A stretch of 54,506 nt of DNA, filler included, from Perkinsus olseni (Eukaryota): assembly GCA_013115125.1 (NCBI GenBank). It is 3 parts of 3 records of this genome, joined end to end, with 100 filler letters (N's around TTAATTAATTAA, not from the genome) between each part and the next. Parts side by side here need not be neighbours in the genome. Positions count along the whole stretch, not along the records: positions 18,257 to 36,383 come from JABANN010000624.1; positions 36,484 to 54,506 come from JABANN010000626.1; 1 more part is not named here. One strand, given 5' to 3'. How positions within the stretch are numbered: position 1 is the first letter of the stretch; each line of letters starts with the position of its first letter. This document shows positions 35,465 through 47,257 of the stretch, piece after piece. Below the pieces are notes generated by a model. The model worked only from the letters and a program-made list of their open reading frames with translations, did no database searches and was not told where the DNA came from. The position numbers and the translations under genes are program-made.

Positions 35465-36376
35465 CTATTCATCATCTTCGCTTTCCTCTGTAACGAGATA
35501 ACCAGACTGTACCATGAGCATGTATTCTCTTTCCTCGTCATCGGAGGAGTCCTCGTCCGCACCGCGCGCCTCCGCCGGAGCATCGTCATAGACGAAATCA
35601 TCCTCTTCATGCGAGGTCGCGACAGGCAGACCTTCCCTGTCTCGCTTCGTTACCCTGCCAGCGGTGACCTTTTTCCTGCGGGGTTTTATCGACGACCACG
35701 TTTTCACAACATCATCCGCTGAAGGCCTGGCCGAGTTGATGGAAAGAGACATAGCAGCATCGAGATGTTCACCTTTCAGTCTATTCCTAGCCTTGGACCG
35801 AATACGTTGTAAAGCCGAAAACCCCCTTTCGGGGTCGCAACTATCCACTGACACTGCTGCTTCAATCTGGAGCACCAAGTTGTAGATGATCAAGTTGGGA
35901 TCGTCGGGGGTCTCTTTCAGCTCAATCGCCAGCAAAGTTCGCTCGTCGAATATGTTCCTAGTATGGGCCTTCTTCGCCAACCGCCGATTGACTTTCTTGA
36001 AGGCCTTCACAAATGTTTCCTCGGAGCAGTTATAATGCCGGCAATGAGTTTCCCAATGGCTCCGCGCAGCTCGAGTAACCAACTTCTTGGAGAAAACGCT
36101 CCCGGTAGCGGGGTAGCCAGCGGCCTCAGATTCTGGATTAATCAAGCGGAAGTCATGAACCTGTGCCTCCTGCGCAGCTGTCATTGATGGAACACGCTTT
36201 CGCAACCGTTTCCGCATGAACTCGGCGAATCGCCTAGCGACATCGCTCTCCATGTCGTCGATGAGATCACCAAGGGCAGCATCTGCACGTTGGTAATGAA
36301 GGAAGACCTCCCATGCATTCATATTGGCTTTCTGCAGCCGGATGGATAGTAGGTATAATATTCGCATGCTATTCAT
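35465..36376 (-). mobile_element. hAT-superfamily transposase, C-terminal part (truncated by the gap)
   Basis: Dimerisation motif SVDSCDPERGFSALQRIRSKARNRLKGEHLDAAM, followed by a basic NLS-like stretch and an acidic tail. Confidence 0.8.
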
Positions 36377-36383
36377 AACCCCT

Positions 36384-36483
36384 NNNNNNNNNNNNNNNNN
36401 NNNNNNNNNNNNNNNNNNNNNNNNNNNTTAATTAATTAANNNNNNNNNNNNNNNNNNNNNNNNNNNNNNNNNNNNNNNNNNNN
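36384..36483. other. Artificial assembly gap/linker
   Basis: 44 N + TTAATTAATTAA + 44 N. Confidence 0.98.
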
Positions 36484-37055
36484 CTCGGGACATACTCAGG
36501 ACCAACCAACCGAGTAGAGGAGCACCGGTAGTAGGCAATCTGCACCCACAACACATTCTGATCGACGACGACACTGGAAACTCTTTGTGCCGCACGAGAT
36601 GTGCGCCATCTATGTGATTCCGGAAATAGTAATTGTGCGCTGGCAGCACTAGTCGTAGAAGTTGTCATGGTTGGCTGTAGGGTGGCAGCAGTGAGAGGTC
36701 CCTGCTTCGATCCCCCCACCTAGCATTTCAATCCTCCCCATCGTCTCGTCGCCACGCTTGCCGCTTCAGCTGACGAAGAACGCCAAGTTGACGTGCCACT
36801 AGGAGTGGGATTGATATCACTGCGGATCTCAGGGGAAGCAACATTCAAAAACGCTTATAGATTCAGCAATAGTAGAGTAGAGCAGGGGTAATACTGATGG
36901 CAGTCTTCAACCAAGCAGTGGAGGTGAAGACAGACACACGGACGACAGTATGGAGCCAGAGGGAGACGAGCCCAACAGCAAGGGCAAGACAGAACAGAAT
37001 AAACTGAACTGAAATGACAGCAATCACCCGTGCGATGAGGAGATACTTAGACCAA

Positions 37056-37310
37056 TCACAGAGCAACGGCATGGCCAGAGTCTCGCCGCAAGACCGCATG
37101 AATCGATTCTGCTCGATTCATGGTTTCTACGCGGAACATTTTCTGACAGGTATTATATTTGCTTGGGGGCCCCCGGAGGTTACTGTTCGAGAAGTGGAGT
37201 AGGGTTTCGCGTACCCTCGCATAATGCTCTGCGCTGTTCGAGAAGATTAACATGTCAGGCTTGTCAATATAACCTATCTTAACAAGTCTGAGAGGTCTTT
37301 GAGAGTACAT
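37056..37310 (-). mobile_element. Degenerate Ty3/gypsy reverse transcriptase fragment
   Basis: GYIDKPDMLIFSNSAEHYARVRETLLHFSNSNLRGPPSKYNTCQK resembles YIDDILIFS..EEH…VR.VL..L….L…PSKC.F; the YxDD motif is broken. Confidence 0.55.
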
Positions 37311-37989
37311 TATTGTCTAGGGGAGCTGCATCGCTGCTGACCTCAGTGGTTGCAACTGGCTCGCACGTTGATTATACCAGGACCCGAGGCTACTCAACCT
37401 GGTAAGACCACCATCATGGTGTTTGGTTCGTGAGTTGGTAAAGGAATGGTATTCCTAGGGAGAGCCTACCGAGTACGCGAACGCGCCTGAAAATCGTATT
37501 GCGTGTCATTTGCGAGTTGCCACCTCGCGCCTGAGGTCGAGACGTGTAGCTCGATAACGGTTGCACGTGGTTGTTATGGTCGGAAATTTCCTGACGTGCA
37601 TAGTCTACTTCCTGGTTGTATGGAGTCATCGGGTCGCTAGGACAGCGTCGTCGAACTGGTCAGGGGGATGGGATCTTCTATCGCTCCTACACCAAGGATA
37701 GCCCGGTGTCGTCACTGCCGATCTACGACCGCGTACAGCTGGGAAGAGGCGTCATGGCCTGGTGGTGATGTCCTGGGGCACGCAAGTCATGCAGTGATCC
37801 GCTGCTGCGTTGGCCATCTCCTACAATAAACCATCATCCTTCGGCAACAGCAGTAGCTGCCGTGGTATGCTGTTGTTGACTGATGTTTCAGATGAATTCA
37901 TAACTGAACATCTTCGTGCGGTCCTCAATAGGGAGTGATGGTAAGCCCGAAATAGAGGACTCTCCTTTTAGTCACTTGACCTCGTCAAT

Positions 37990-40900
37990 ATGGAACGATC
38001 GGCGGCCTATGCCCTGATCTTGTGGATTACTTGCAATCTCGCCGCGGGCGACTTCGAGTGGAGTCTGTCGAGCTCATCAGGGGCACAGTGGTGGTTGGCT
38101 CAGTACGGTAATTCGTCTTTCGAGCCAGTAAGAGCGGTGGTGCCCGGACAGGTGAGGGAGGCGTTTCATCAGTCACCCCGGGAAGTGTTGGGTCAGGTGC
38201 ATTTAGATCTCTGGCGATCTCGCGTTATACCCGATCCTTACTATGGCTACAACGACACGGCGTAGGACTCACGTCCCAGTTCAGCCAGTACGCATACTGT
38301 AGGTTGCGGTACGTGGCCGAGGCGGATTGGCTCTACTCGGTTGAGTTCGCAGTTCCTCCCGGGGCCTGTGATTGCATAAATGTGAGGCTCCCCCAGCATG
38401 CAGCATGCACTAGTGCGGCAGGTCTCCTTGCCAGCAACGATGGTTCTAGAGGGCCTTGATACAATTGCTGAAGTCGTGGTGAATGGGCGCTTAGTAGTTA
38501 AGGCTGATAATATGTATAGGGCGTACAGTGCTCCAATGGGGCGGGGACAGCTGCTGTGCGATAGAAGAAACAAGGTGAGCAGGTGGGCTGGTGGACCTCT
38601 ACTGGTCGAGCTTTCCCTCGCAGATGTCAATCTTACTGAGGAGTTCTGTGAAGGCGGCACGGGAGAGAGTGGAGGCCTACGAAAGGCAACATGCCGCCGA
38701 TTGGCCGAAAGGAGTGCCGCCCAGGAGCTTGCCGCCTGCATGGAAGGGCTTTGACAAAGTTCAGATGGTGAGCATGCGGCCTGTTGCTGCTCTATCGTGA
38801 TATATCGCTCTCGACCCTTTCTCATTGCCCACCGGCCTAGTCATCCATCTCCCTTTTATCCGTCGGCTCCAAGGCTGGGAAGGTGCACCTGCATCGAAAG
38901 GGAGGACAACGCGTCGTCCCTTCAGTAAAGGGCCTTTACTCATTGGATGATGGGTAGATACGGAAGGAGCCGTGCTCTTTCGGGTGGGACTGGGGCCCAG
39001 GTATAGCGACTAGTGGCATATGGAAGGATATAAGCGTGGTCACTCATGAGAGAGAAAATAGAGGACCAGTGATCATCGAGTAAAGCGCTGAAGCTGGGTG
39101 ATATCCGACTGAGACTTGTTCAGGGGAATTACCTGGGAGACTAGTTCGACGAATGGAGATGAGCTTGATGAGTCGAGCTACGAGCCGTGGATGGCTTATC
39201 TTTATATGAGCTTCTCCCTTCCGGCTGATACCACAATTCACAGAGTTAATGTGGAGTTATTATTGAGCGATAGGTCAGGTGTAAGCAGCCCACGTGCTTC
39301 TAGTTCCTCTCCTCTATGGGCAGGCCGAGCAGTCATCGATCAGGCAACATTCTATGATGGCTTTTGGGAGAAGCTACGCATCTCAGACTTGCTCCCGGGC
39401 AAATCTGGCATCAATCTTCTGGTTACTAGCGGAGTGAAACCTTGGTGGCCTAATGGCTATGGCGAACAACAACGGTGAGCCTCTCACTCGACAGAAGCTG
39501 AACATGCCGAGATGGGCTGCGGTTTGAGTTCCCCTTCCATACTAGCTAGCTACTCAGTGTCCGAGCTGATTGGCTGTGGTTCCATTCAGTTACACGTTGG
39601 CCGTCTGTGCATGGGCTGCCGACTCTGAGCGTGCCTGCGTTCCCAAGAGGTTTACTGTGGGCTTCAGGTCAGTCGAATTGGTGATGGAAGATGATGGTGC
39701 GAACATCGGCAGCCACGACTTGCTCACTCACGAGACTCTGCTTTCTCAGATTCAGGGCGATCATTCTACTTCAAAGTCAATGGCGAGCCTATCTACGCCC
39801 GAGGAGCTAACTGGATCCCATCTGATGCCTTCGAATCCCGAGTAGACGAACCTAGGTTGAGGAGGCATTTCGAGCAGTAGAACAGTAGCTTCCCTGTTGT
39901 CTCATGTCATCCTGTTTATTGAGGTACCGCAGGGCGCATTTCAACATGCTTCGAGTATGGGGAGGAGGAGTCTATGCCTCTGACCTAATCTATGAGTTAG
40001 CCGATGAGTAAGAGACTGAAACGTGCTCCAGCCGCTGGTTAGATGTCAGCTGCAAATGTTCACCTGAGCGTAACCTCGCCATTTACTTCGTAGATAGTGG
40101 CATTCCGCTCAGCATTCCCTTGCTTGATCGGCAGTACTAGTGTATAGTAGATCTTGGTGATGTCCTCGTGGTGTCTCACCTGCATGGTGCTCGACATAGG
40201 TACGGCTTCCTTATTTGGGAAGAGGCTATGTTTGCCGGAGCAGCGTACCCGACCCTATTACCCGACTTTCTGCCGTCAGTTCAGGAGGAGATCCGTCAAA
40301 ACCTCATACGAATGTGAGACGGGGTCCGCTCCTATTTGAAGCGTCGGAAGAAACGTTCACGTCTGCATATGCTCAAACGAGTAGAGAGCTGCGTGTAAAC
40401 TCCCGGGTCGATAGAAAGCCTCGGGAGCTCTCCTACGATGCTCTTCATCGGGTTAAACATCGTTATCTGAAGTTCATGAAGCCGTTCTCGCTGAATGATG
40501 CATTCTGGAGATGAAGGCAGGTTGTTGTTTTTCAGTGGTCATCATCCATCTCTGGCCATACTCGGCGGCAACAATGAGGTTGAAGCCTTTTACGGTTGGT
40601 CGGGCATCAGTCAATATAAATCGTGAGTCTCAAAGCTTCTTTGGCTTCAGCTCGGGCGGAGAGTTCAGCGCTCAGGACTGAGGGATGCCATTCAGGTATA
40701 TCGATAGCTACGCTTCTCTATTCTTCGACACTGTCGTAGCGACATCGAAGAAGTTAATATGGCGGCCGGTCGTACCTAGTAGCCCTTCGAATGGCAATGA
40801 GACGAGGAATGACCCAATTGCCGTTAACCCTAATGACGAGCATGCTGGAGATGTAAGGCTGTGTAATGTTCGGTGGGATTCGGTGTCTTTTTCAGATGCA

Positions 40901-43075
40901 CTTTTACGACTACTTCCACCCAAATATCTTCGATCTAAGAACTCTACCGAAGCCACGTTTCCTGAGCGAGTTCGGCTTTCAGTCCTGGTCTAGTCTAGGC
41001 GAGCTGAAGGCTGTAGCCGACGATGGCATGCTGCAGGACACCCTCTTCTCTGATGATTTTAGTAACAATTGCCTAGGCTGCTAGGCTGACGCGGAAAAAA
41101 AAACTTGCGGGCTCGTAAGGCATCAGAATAGAAAATTCGGCAAGCGATATTGAGAGTCCCCCGTGAGGGTCTACTCAGTAGACTGGAAATAGACTCCACT
41201 GTCTTGCGGAATATAGTACTAGCAGACGCGTTTCCCACAAGCCATTTTATCTGATGACTAACAGCATACAATCATTGTATTACAATGATCGCCCAACTCT
41301 AGTCCCAGCTTGCTAGACCTCCTCTTTGTCGGCAACAGTGATGCTGCTGGGTTGTTTGTAGGCAACAACCTGTTATTGATGAGACACGCTGTTATAGGGT
41401 AGGGCTGCCTACACGATGGAGCCCACAGATCCAATCGTATCGGCATGGCCTCCCGGGGTCGCGAGCTAGCCTACCCGAGGAATATGTTACATCGACCGCG
41501 CACTATCGGTTGGAGATGCACCTCTCCGCGTTGCTCGTAATACGGAGGCAGCTGGTCGTCACGAGTTCAGCTGCGCACGCTCTCTCGCGTATCACCTCTT
41601 GGCGCGGGTTCCGTCTGAACTACTGGCTATGCATAAGACCCATGTTATTCTCTATGGATGTGGCTGGGATCCAGCATGCTCTAGTCGTGGATGCTGAAGG
41701 TTGCGTCCCACTGGCTGATAATCTCAACGACGAAGTTAATTTTGGTGGATTATTGGGCTCACTGACCCCGCCAGGATGATTGCTATCCTGTTACAGGGTT
41801 CCTTGCAGGATTCTCTCTCAGCAACTGTGGTCTTTACAATCGAAGACTAATCAATGCGACTGACTCAATGGTCCTCCGCTATCTTCATTCTGAGACTCTT
41901 TGTTGTATCGGTTTAGTTGCGGACATCTCCCGAGTAGTCTGCTTCATGAAGCTCCTACTACATAGGTTCTGTAGTCGCAAAATGGCGAGAGCATCAATAT
42001 GGCTTCTGGAGTGAGGGAGTCGGTCTTACTGTCTCTTCTCAGAGACATGGCCGTCCCATCGTCAACACCTGGTGAGCGGCAATGCATACCTCAAAGCTTA
42101 CGTTGAGTTTATGTTTGGCACGGAAAACGGAGAGAGTGAGGATGTCCTTGACTGGGTCGGAGTGGGGTTTCAGAGTCTTGCTAGGTGCTGGGCCGATTGA
42201 TATGAGAGCAGCTGAGGCCTACCTGTCTCAAATTGTTCAGGGAATGTGGCTGAAGCTAGCTGTGGAGCATTGTCGAAGGCTGCGACCATACAATATGGGG
42301 CTGCTGTGAGTCATTGTGAGGCTCAGGTGCCCTCACAGGGCTTGTCTGAGTGTTGATTCATATATCGTCTGCACGATGAAAATAGTGCGTGCGCTAGGCC
42401 GTCAAGAAAGAGTGTCACAGGGATTTTTTCCGTGCAAGATCATACGCATCAGTCTGCCATGAAACTAACGTTATATTCAGGTATTGGCAAGCCAATGACA
42501 TCTGGCCGACAGTCAGCTGGTCGACCATCGAATATTCAGGTCGGCCGAAGGTGGCGATGACCATGGCACAATCATTCTATGACCTTAATGAGCCAACCAT
42601 GTTTCTGAACTATTCTGACAGCCCTCCTCGCTTCTGCGGGCAGGCCTTCGCTGAGAGTTGTGAAGTCAGGGTTTTCAGCCTCCTCAAACAGCGTGAGGTG
42701 AGTCCAACCCTGGTGTTAAGCCCTTGGGAGCTGCGCTGTACTCGCTTGGATGGCGTCTGCGGTGACGGGGAGTGTGTGGCCTTCTCCAGTCATCGCAACT
42801 ACCTCATACTTGGAAGCATGGCCAAGTTTCCTGCATCTAGTATCAGCGAGTTCGCGAGAGCGACTATACGGATTCAGGGCGGCTTCATCAGCTCTGAGAT
42901 TGTGGCTCCCTTTGTGGAACTCGAATGCGAAACCGTTTGTGAGGAAAACCACCTCTTGTTGCTACCTAGTCAGCCTGTGTGGGTCGGTGAGGGTGCTGAA
43001 GTTATCGGCAGCCTGTGGTCAGCACTCGACTCCTACAGAGGAGGCAACGGTCAAGATTTTATAGTATCCTCTTGA
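37990..43075 (+). CDS. MANBA: Beta-mannosidase (glycoside hydrolase family 2), multi-exon
   Basis: Signal peptide; VPGQVHLDL…[71 protein letters not shown]; acid/base GNNEVE; nucleophile [28 protein letters not shown]. Confidence 0.93.
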
Positions 43076-43316
43076 GCAGCTCTGCGCAGTCACAGAAGAG
43101 CATATGCAACCCATTAACCAATTTCTGGTTCGGCCGAGCCGTCGTCGAAAAACGAGTTTAGTGAAAAGTCATCACAGTAAGGCAGTGCGCCCGATAGTTC
43201 ATTTTTCAGTCTCACTTGATGTTTGCGCATTTAGTACGGAGGTTGGAAATTCAAGAGGTGAGAGCCATATTGAAACCAAGAGAGTGCTTCGCCGCCTGAT
43301 TTCGCTTGAATAACAA

Positions 43317-43389
43317 GCGCTTTTGGCGCAGTAGGTAGCGCGTAGGCCTCATAATCCCAAGGTCGCGAGTTCGATCCTCGCAGGCCGTA
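43317..43389 (+). tRNA. Elongator tRNA-Met(CAT)-like gene, possibly a pseudogene
   Basis: Perfect D arm (GCGC/GCGC) and T arm (GCGAG-TTCGATC-CTCGC), anticodon loop CTCATAA, downstream T8 terminator; mismatches in the acceptor and anticodon stems. Confidence 0.75.
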
Positions 43390-43692
43390 GTTTTTTTTGG
43401 AGGGTCGTGTAATGGAATTTTCTCGGTGGACGTGTCCCCGCATTGAGTCATGGATTGAGTCAAATACGAGGTTATGCGGCTCGCAACGGTCCTGTTGTAC
43501 ATACAGTGTCTTTTCATGTTTAATGGACACCTCCGTGAACGACAGGTTCGGCGCTTGGAAAAAGATGAAGTTGGACCGCAGGGGAACCCTCAGTATCGCA
43601 AGTGACCGCAGTAAACACTATATCAAGGAACCAATCGTACCAGATAGCCGCAATCACCAGCTTGAAAATAATCGATATACTTCGACACTAGG

Positions 43693-46600
43693 TTGAGCCA
43701 CCCGACTTCCTCAGATTCACCGGCCTCTGTGATCCCGACTTGTCTAGCCCTCGCTCTTGTCCCCAACACGCACCGGAGTGACGCGAGGAGCTCCGAGATT
43801 ATTGCCGTTATCAGTGGGCTGAGCGATGGTGGTATCCTCGTCTGGTCTTTGAGGCCATCTTCGCTGAACGCTCCCAATATGAGCACGCCTGGCAAGGTAT
43901 TTCGGTCGCCGGCAGTGCACGCGGGACCGATCACGTCGATCGTGGTGGGGGGCAGCATCCCTGCGCCTGTGATGGAGCCGGGGTTCTGGTTGACTCTCTT
44001 TACCACTTCGGTTGACCGGACCATCAAACAGTGGCACGCGAACTTGAGTCAGAATGATATCTCGGTCGACTCTGTAGTGAGGACCATCTATGGCAACTCG
44101 AGCGCAGTAACGTGCATGGCGTTGTTTCCAAGGTCGAGGAATAGACATCTTGTGTCTGGCTGCAGCGATGGCTCGTTGACACTATGGACTGCCACGCGAG
44201 TCCCCGACGCTCCCGCGGGTCACACGCTGGATGCTGGCCTTCGTTACCCTGCGTACGAGCGGACCAGCACGCTGCTTTGGCCCTCGAAAGGAGCAACTTC
44301 TTGGGTGACGAGTCTGGCTGTACAGGACGGTGACACGGGAACCGTATTCTGCGGTTCGAGTAGCGGCTGGGTGAAGGTGTTTGAGCTCGGCTCTGGTGAA
44401 GGTCCAGCATCACCGTGCAGAGAGACCAGGGTCTTCGACAGTCCAATCCGAAGACTCGTACTCAGTGCGTCCTCGGAGGGCTCTCCCATGAACAGTGGTT
44501 ACACTCTGTTCGCCTTGTCCGGTTCCTACAGTGTCGTGGGCCTCGACCCTGAAACGCTGGCAAAGATATTCACATTGGACGTTCCTCACAATGTGGTACC
44601 TTGTAGCCGTTCTTCGAGGAACCTACTCCCAGGGAGGGACAGCGGTTGTGTGATGGCTTGGTCCGGCGGCGAGGCCATGCTGCTGCTGGGGGCCTCCCAG
44701 GACGGCTTCTGCCTGTACGATACCGCGAAAGGATGCCAAGTGCAATGTGACACCGATGGCCCTCCCTTAGGTGATCAACTGTGGCTGCCATTAGGACAGC
44801 ACCAGCTCTACAGGTGCCATGGTGGATGCAGCCTTCCTCCCTGCTAGTGATGGTATACCTTACCTGTTCACCTTGAATGCCGCAAAGCCTGAAGTGTCTG
44901 TATACTCCATCACTTTTTCTGAGAGGTCAGCTGCAAACGTGCTCGCCGCCTCCGTCTATCGCGAACGGGCATTTGAGAACTCTCTGGGATGTGCTGCCCA
45001 GATACGCCCAGTTCGGCGCAACTTCTTCTGCCGACGACAGCTCCAGAAGTGTTTGTTACTTGACTCAGATCGATGACCTCAGGACGGGCGTGGACGTGGG
45101 ATGTGGAAAAGCCGTTGGTGGATCGTGTGCTGGTCGATTCTGTTCAGTCGCCGTCGTGCTCCTGCTACCTGCTGGCCGGCCACGTGAATGGCGATATACA
45201 GCTGTGGGACCTGGAAGGCCCTCTCGATCAAGGCAAGACATCACGCGCTGGAGCAGACTACCGCTCCTTTCGCAGATCCGCAGACATTCACATGTGACCC
45301 CACGTGCGGGGGTAGTCAGCCCCGTGGGCCGGTGGAGGTCACGGCCATGTGTTACCTGGGATGGTGTCGAGCTGTGGCCTGCGGTTAGTAGATCGCCCAC
45401 TGCTGCTGTTGAGGGCCCCGGGTGGTATCCCGAAGATGCTCCTGATTCAGGGATGGAGGATGGTCGAGCCTCTCTTGTACCGGTTGGTCCAGGCACTCGA
45501 CGGGTCAGTCAGGTGTCCCTCACTAGGGGAGGGGCCAAGCCCCATACCAACAGCATCACCGCTATCTGCGCCCCTCGGTGAGCATCTGCATCCTCCTCAT
45601 ACGTGCGCTGGCTTCAATACAGACCCAGTTTGAAACCTTGTCCTTTTATAGTGATATCGAGGATCTAGCTTGAACGTAGCACCAGCACGCGGTTGCTGGT
45701 CAGGCAAGGGACCATACTCTGCGGTTCTTACGACGGCAGCGTATCCTGCTGGGGCATAGTGATGGGAACAGAGGGCGCGCCTGTGATAAAACCTGCACCT
45801 CCCGCAGTTATACGTGTAGCCCTTCGTGCAGACGAGCGCTAAGTTTGAGGGGTCCCTCCGAGCCGCGACAACGACAAGTTCCTGTGCTTCTGATGGCAGT
45901 GATGGTGGGTTGGTGGCGATCAATCGGCAGCCAGAGGAGGTGATAAAAGTTTCCGCTTCCGCAGTTTGCTTCTTGGGGTCACTCATGGAAGGGTATTCCT
46001 TCCATTGCCACCGACTGTTGTGGCGGATAGGTCCTGTGCTTAGCTGCCTTCGAAGGGACTCCTGATAGCACCGACGACGTAGTGTTCTCCGGTGGTAGTG
46101 CAGGGTCTGTCCTCGAGTACACCTTCCCTGCGGAGGGCGATGCTACTGTGCGGGAGATTGCGTGAGGGAATTCTTTAGACCAACACAAAATAGGATGTCC
46201 TCAGGCAATGCCAAGGCGATTCGATTTTGCTATTGGAATGCCGTAGCCTCCCTTCGAGACAGCTGTTCGCTCTCACGTCTGCGAGGACTCTTCTTATCAT
46301 AGCGTTGGAGGTAGTCTCCGTCTGCTGGGGTCCTACACCATGTCTCTTGGATCAGTCCACTGAATACAGAGAGGAACCTATACAGGGGCATCGGATCTGC
46401 AGTATCGGAGTAGGGTCCTTGCTGGGTAGGCGTCCTGAGGATGTCGCCTTGCGTATCCCGAGCATCTCTTCAGGCAATAGCGTACCCACAGCAGCCGCCT
46501 TGGTATTGGAACCAGAAGGGGGTGTTCTTTTGTATGGAGATGAGACAGGCACGGTAAGGCTCGGCGTACTGGAGTATCTTGGCGTGCAACGCGCCGAGGC

Positions 46601-47051
46601 AAAGAGAAAATGGTCGTTGGAGTTAATCGAATCTGGCCGTTGCACCGCTCAACTCGTCTATGGCCACCACTCAAGTTGAGTCAACAGCGATGGTCATGGC
46701 GCCCGCCTGGGGATGTTAAGAAAATCGCTAGGAAGCCCATCAGGAGTTGCGCCACCTGGGGCGACAGAGCGTCTGAGCAGCTCGTCCAGCGTGGTCGGGC
46801 TGTCGGCTGAGCCGATTGGGCTCAGGTGTCTGCATGCAGGATACGAGAGGAGGGGCGATTCAAATACAGCGTGGAGAACGAAGGAGCTGGGAGAACCTTC
46901 GCTGTGCGCAAAGATACCACCATCATCCGAGCGTATCAGAAGGTCGCCTCAGGTTGGCTGCTCTTCAATAAGCAGCCTAGCGATGTCAGAAGAGCGCAAA
47001 GTGATATATACGGGGACGGCTGGTGGGGTGATTGTACTACTGCCAATGTGA
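43693..47051 (+). CDS. WD40-repeat protein, multi-exon; start uncertain
   Basis: ISGLSDGGILVW, HAGPITSI…TTSVDRTIKQW, VTCMAL…VSGCSDGSLTLW, LAGHVNGDIQLWD, LYGDETGTVRL, YTGTAGGVIVL. Confidence 0.75.
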
Positions 47052-47257
47052 CCATGCTACTCCCGATGTACCTGCTTCCATCGTCTCCCTTGTTGGGCGT
47101 TGGGTTAATCTAGTACGGTGAGGAGCTCATGGGACGAAACGAGTGGCGGGGCAAGTTTCTTAGTCGAGGCGATGGTCGTCCGTGGACCGTGGTCAGCGCT
47201 GTGGGCTCACCGTCACTCGGAGCTTTCGATATCGCCATGGTAGTTTTTATCATCACC

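Noticed and set aside
43104-43316. Search for an snRNA or spliced-leader gene beside the tRNA, as in trypanosomes
   Set aside because: No recognisable U-snRNA, 7SL or SL sequence on either strand.
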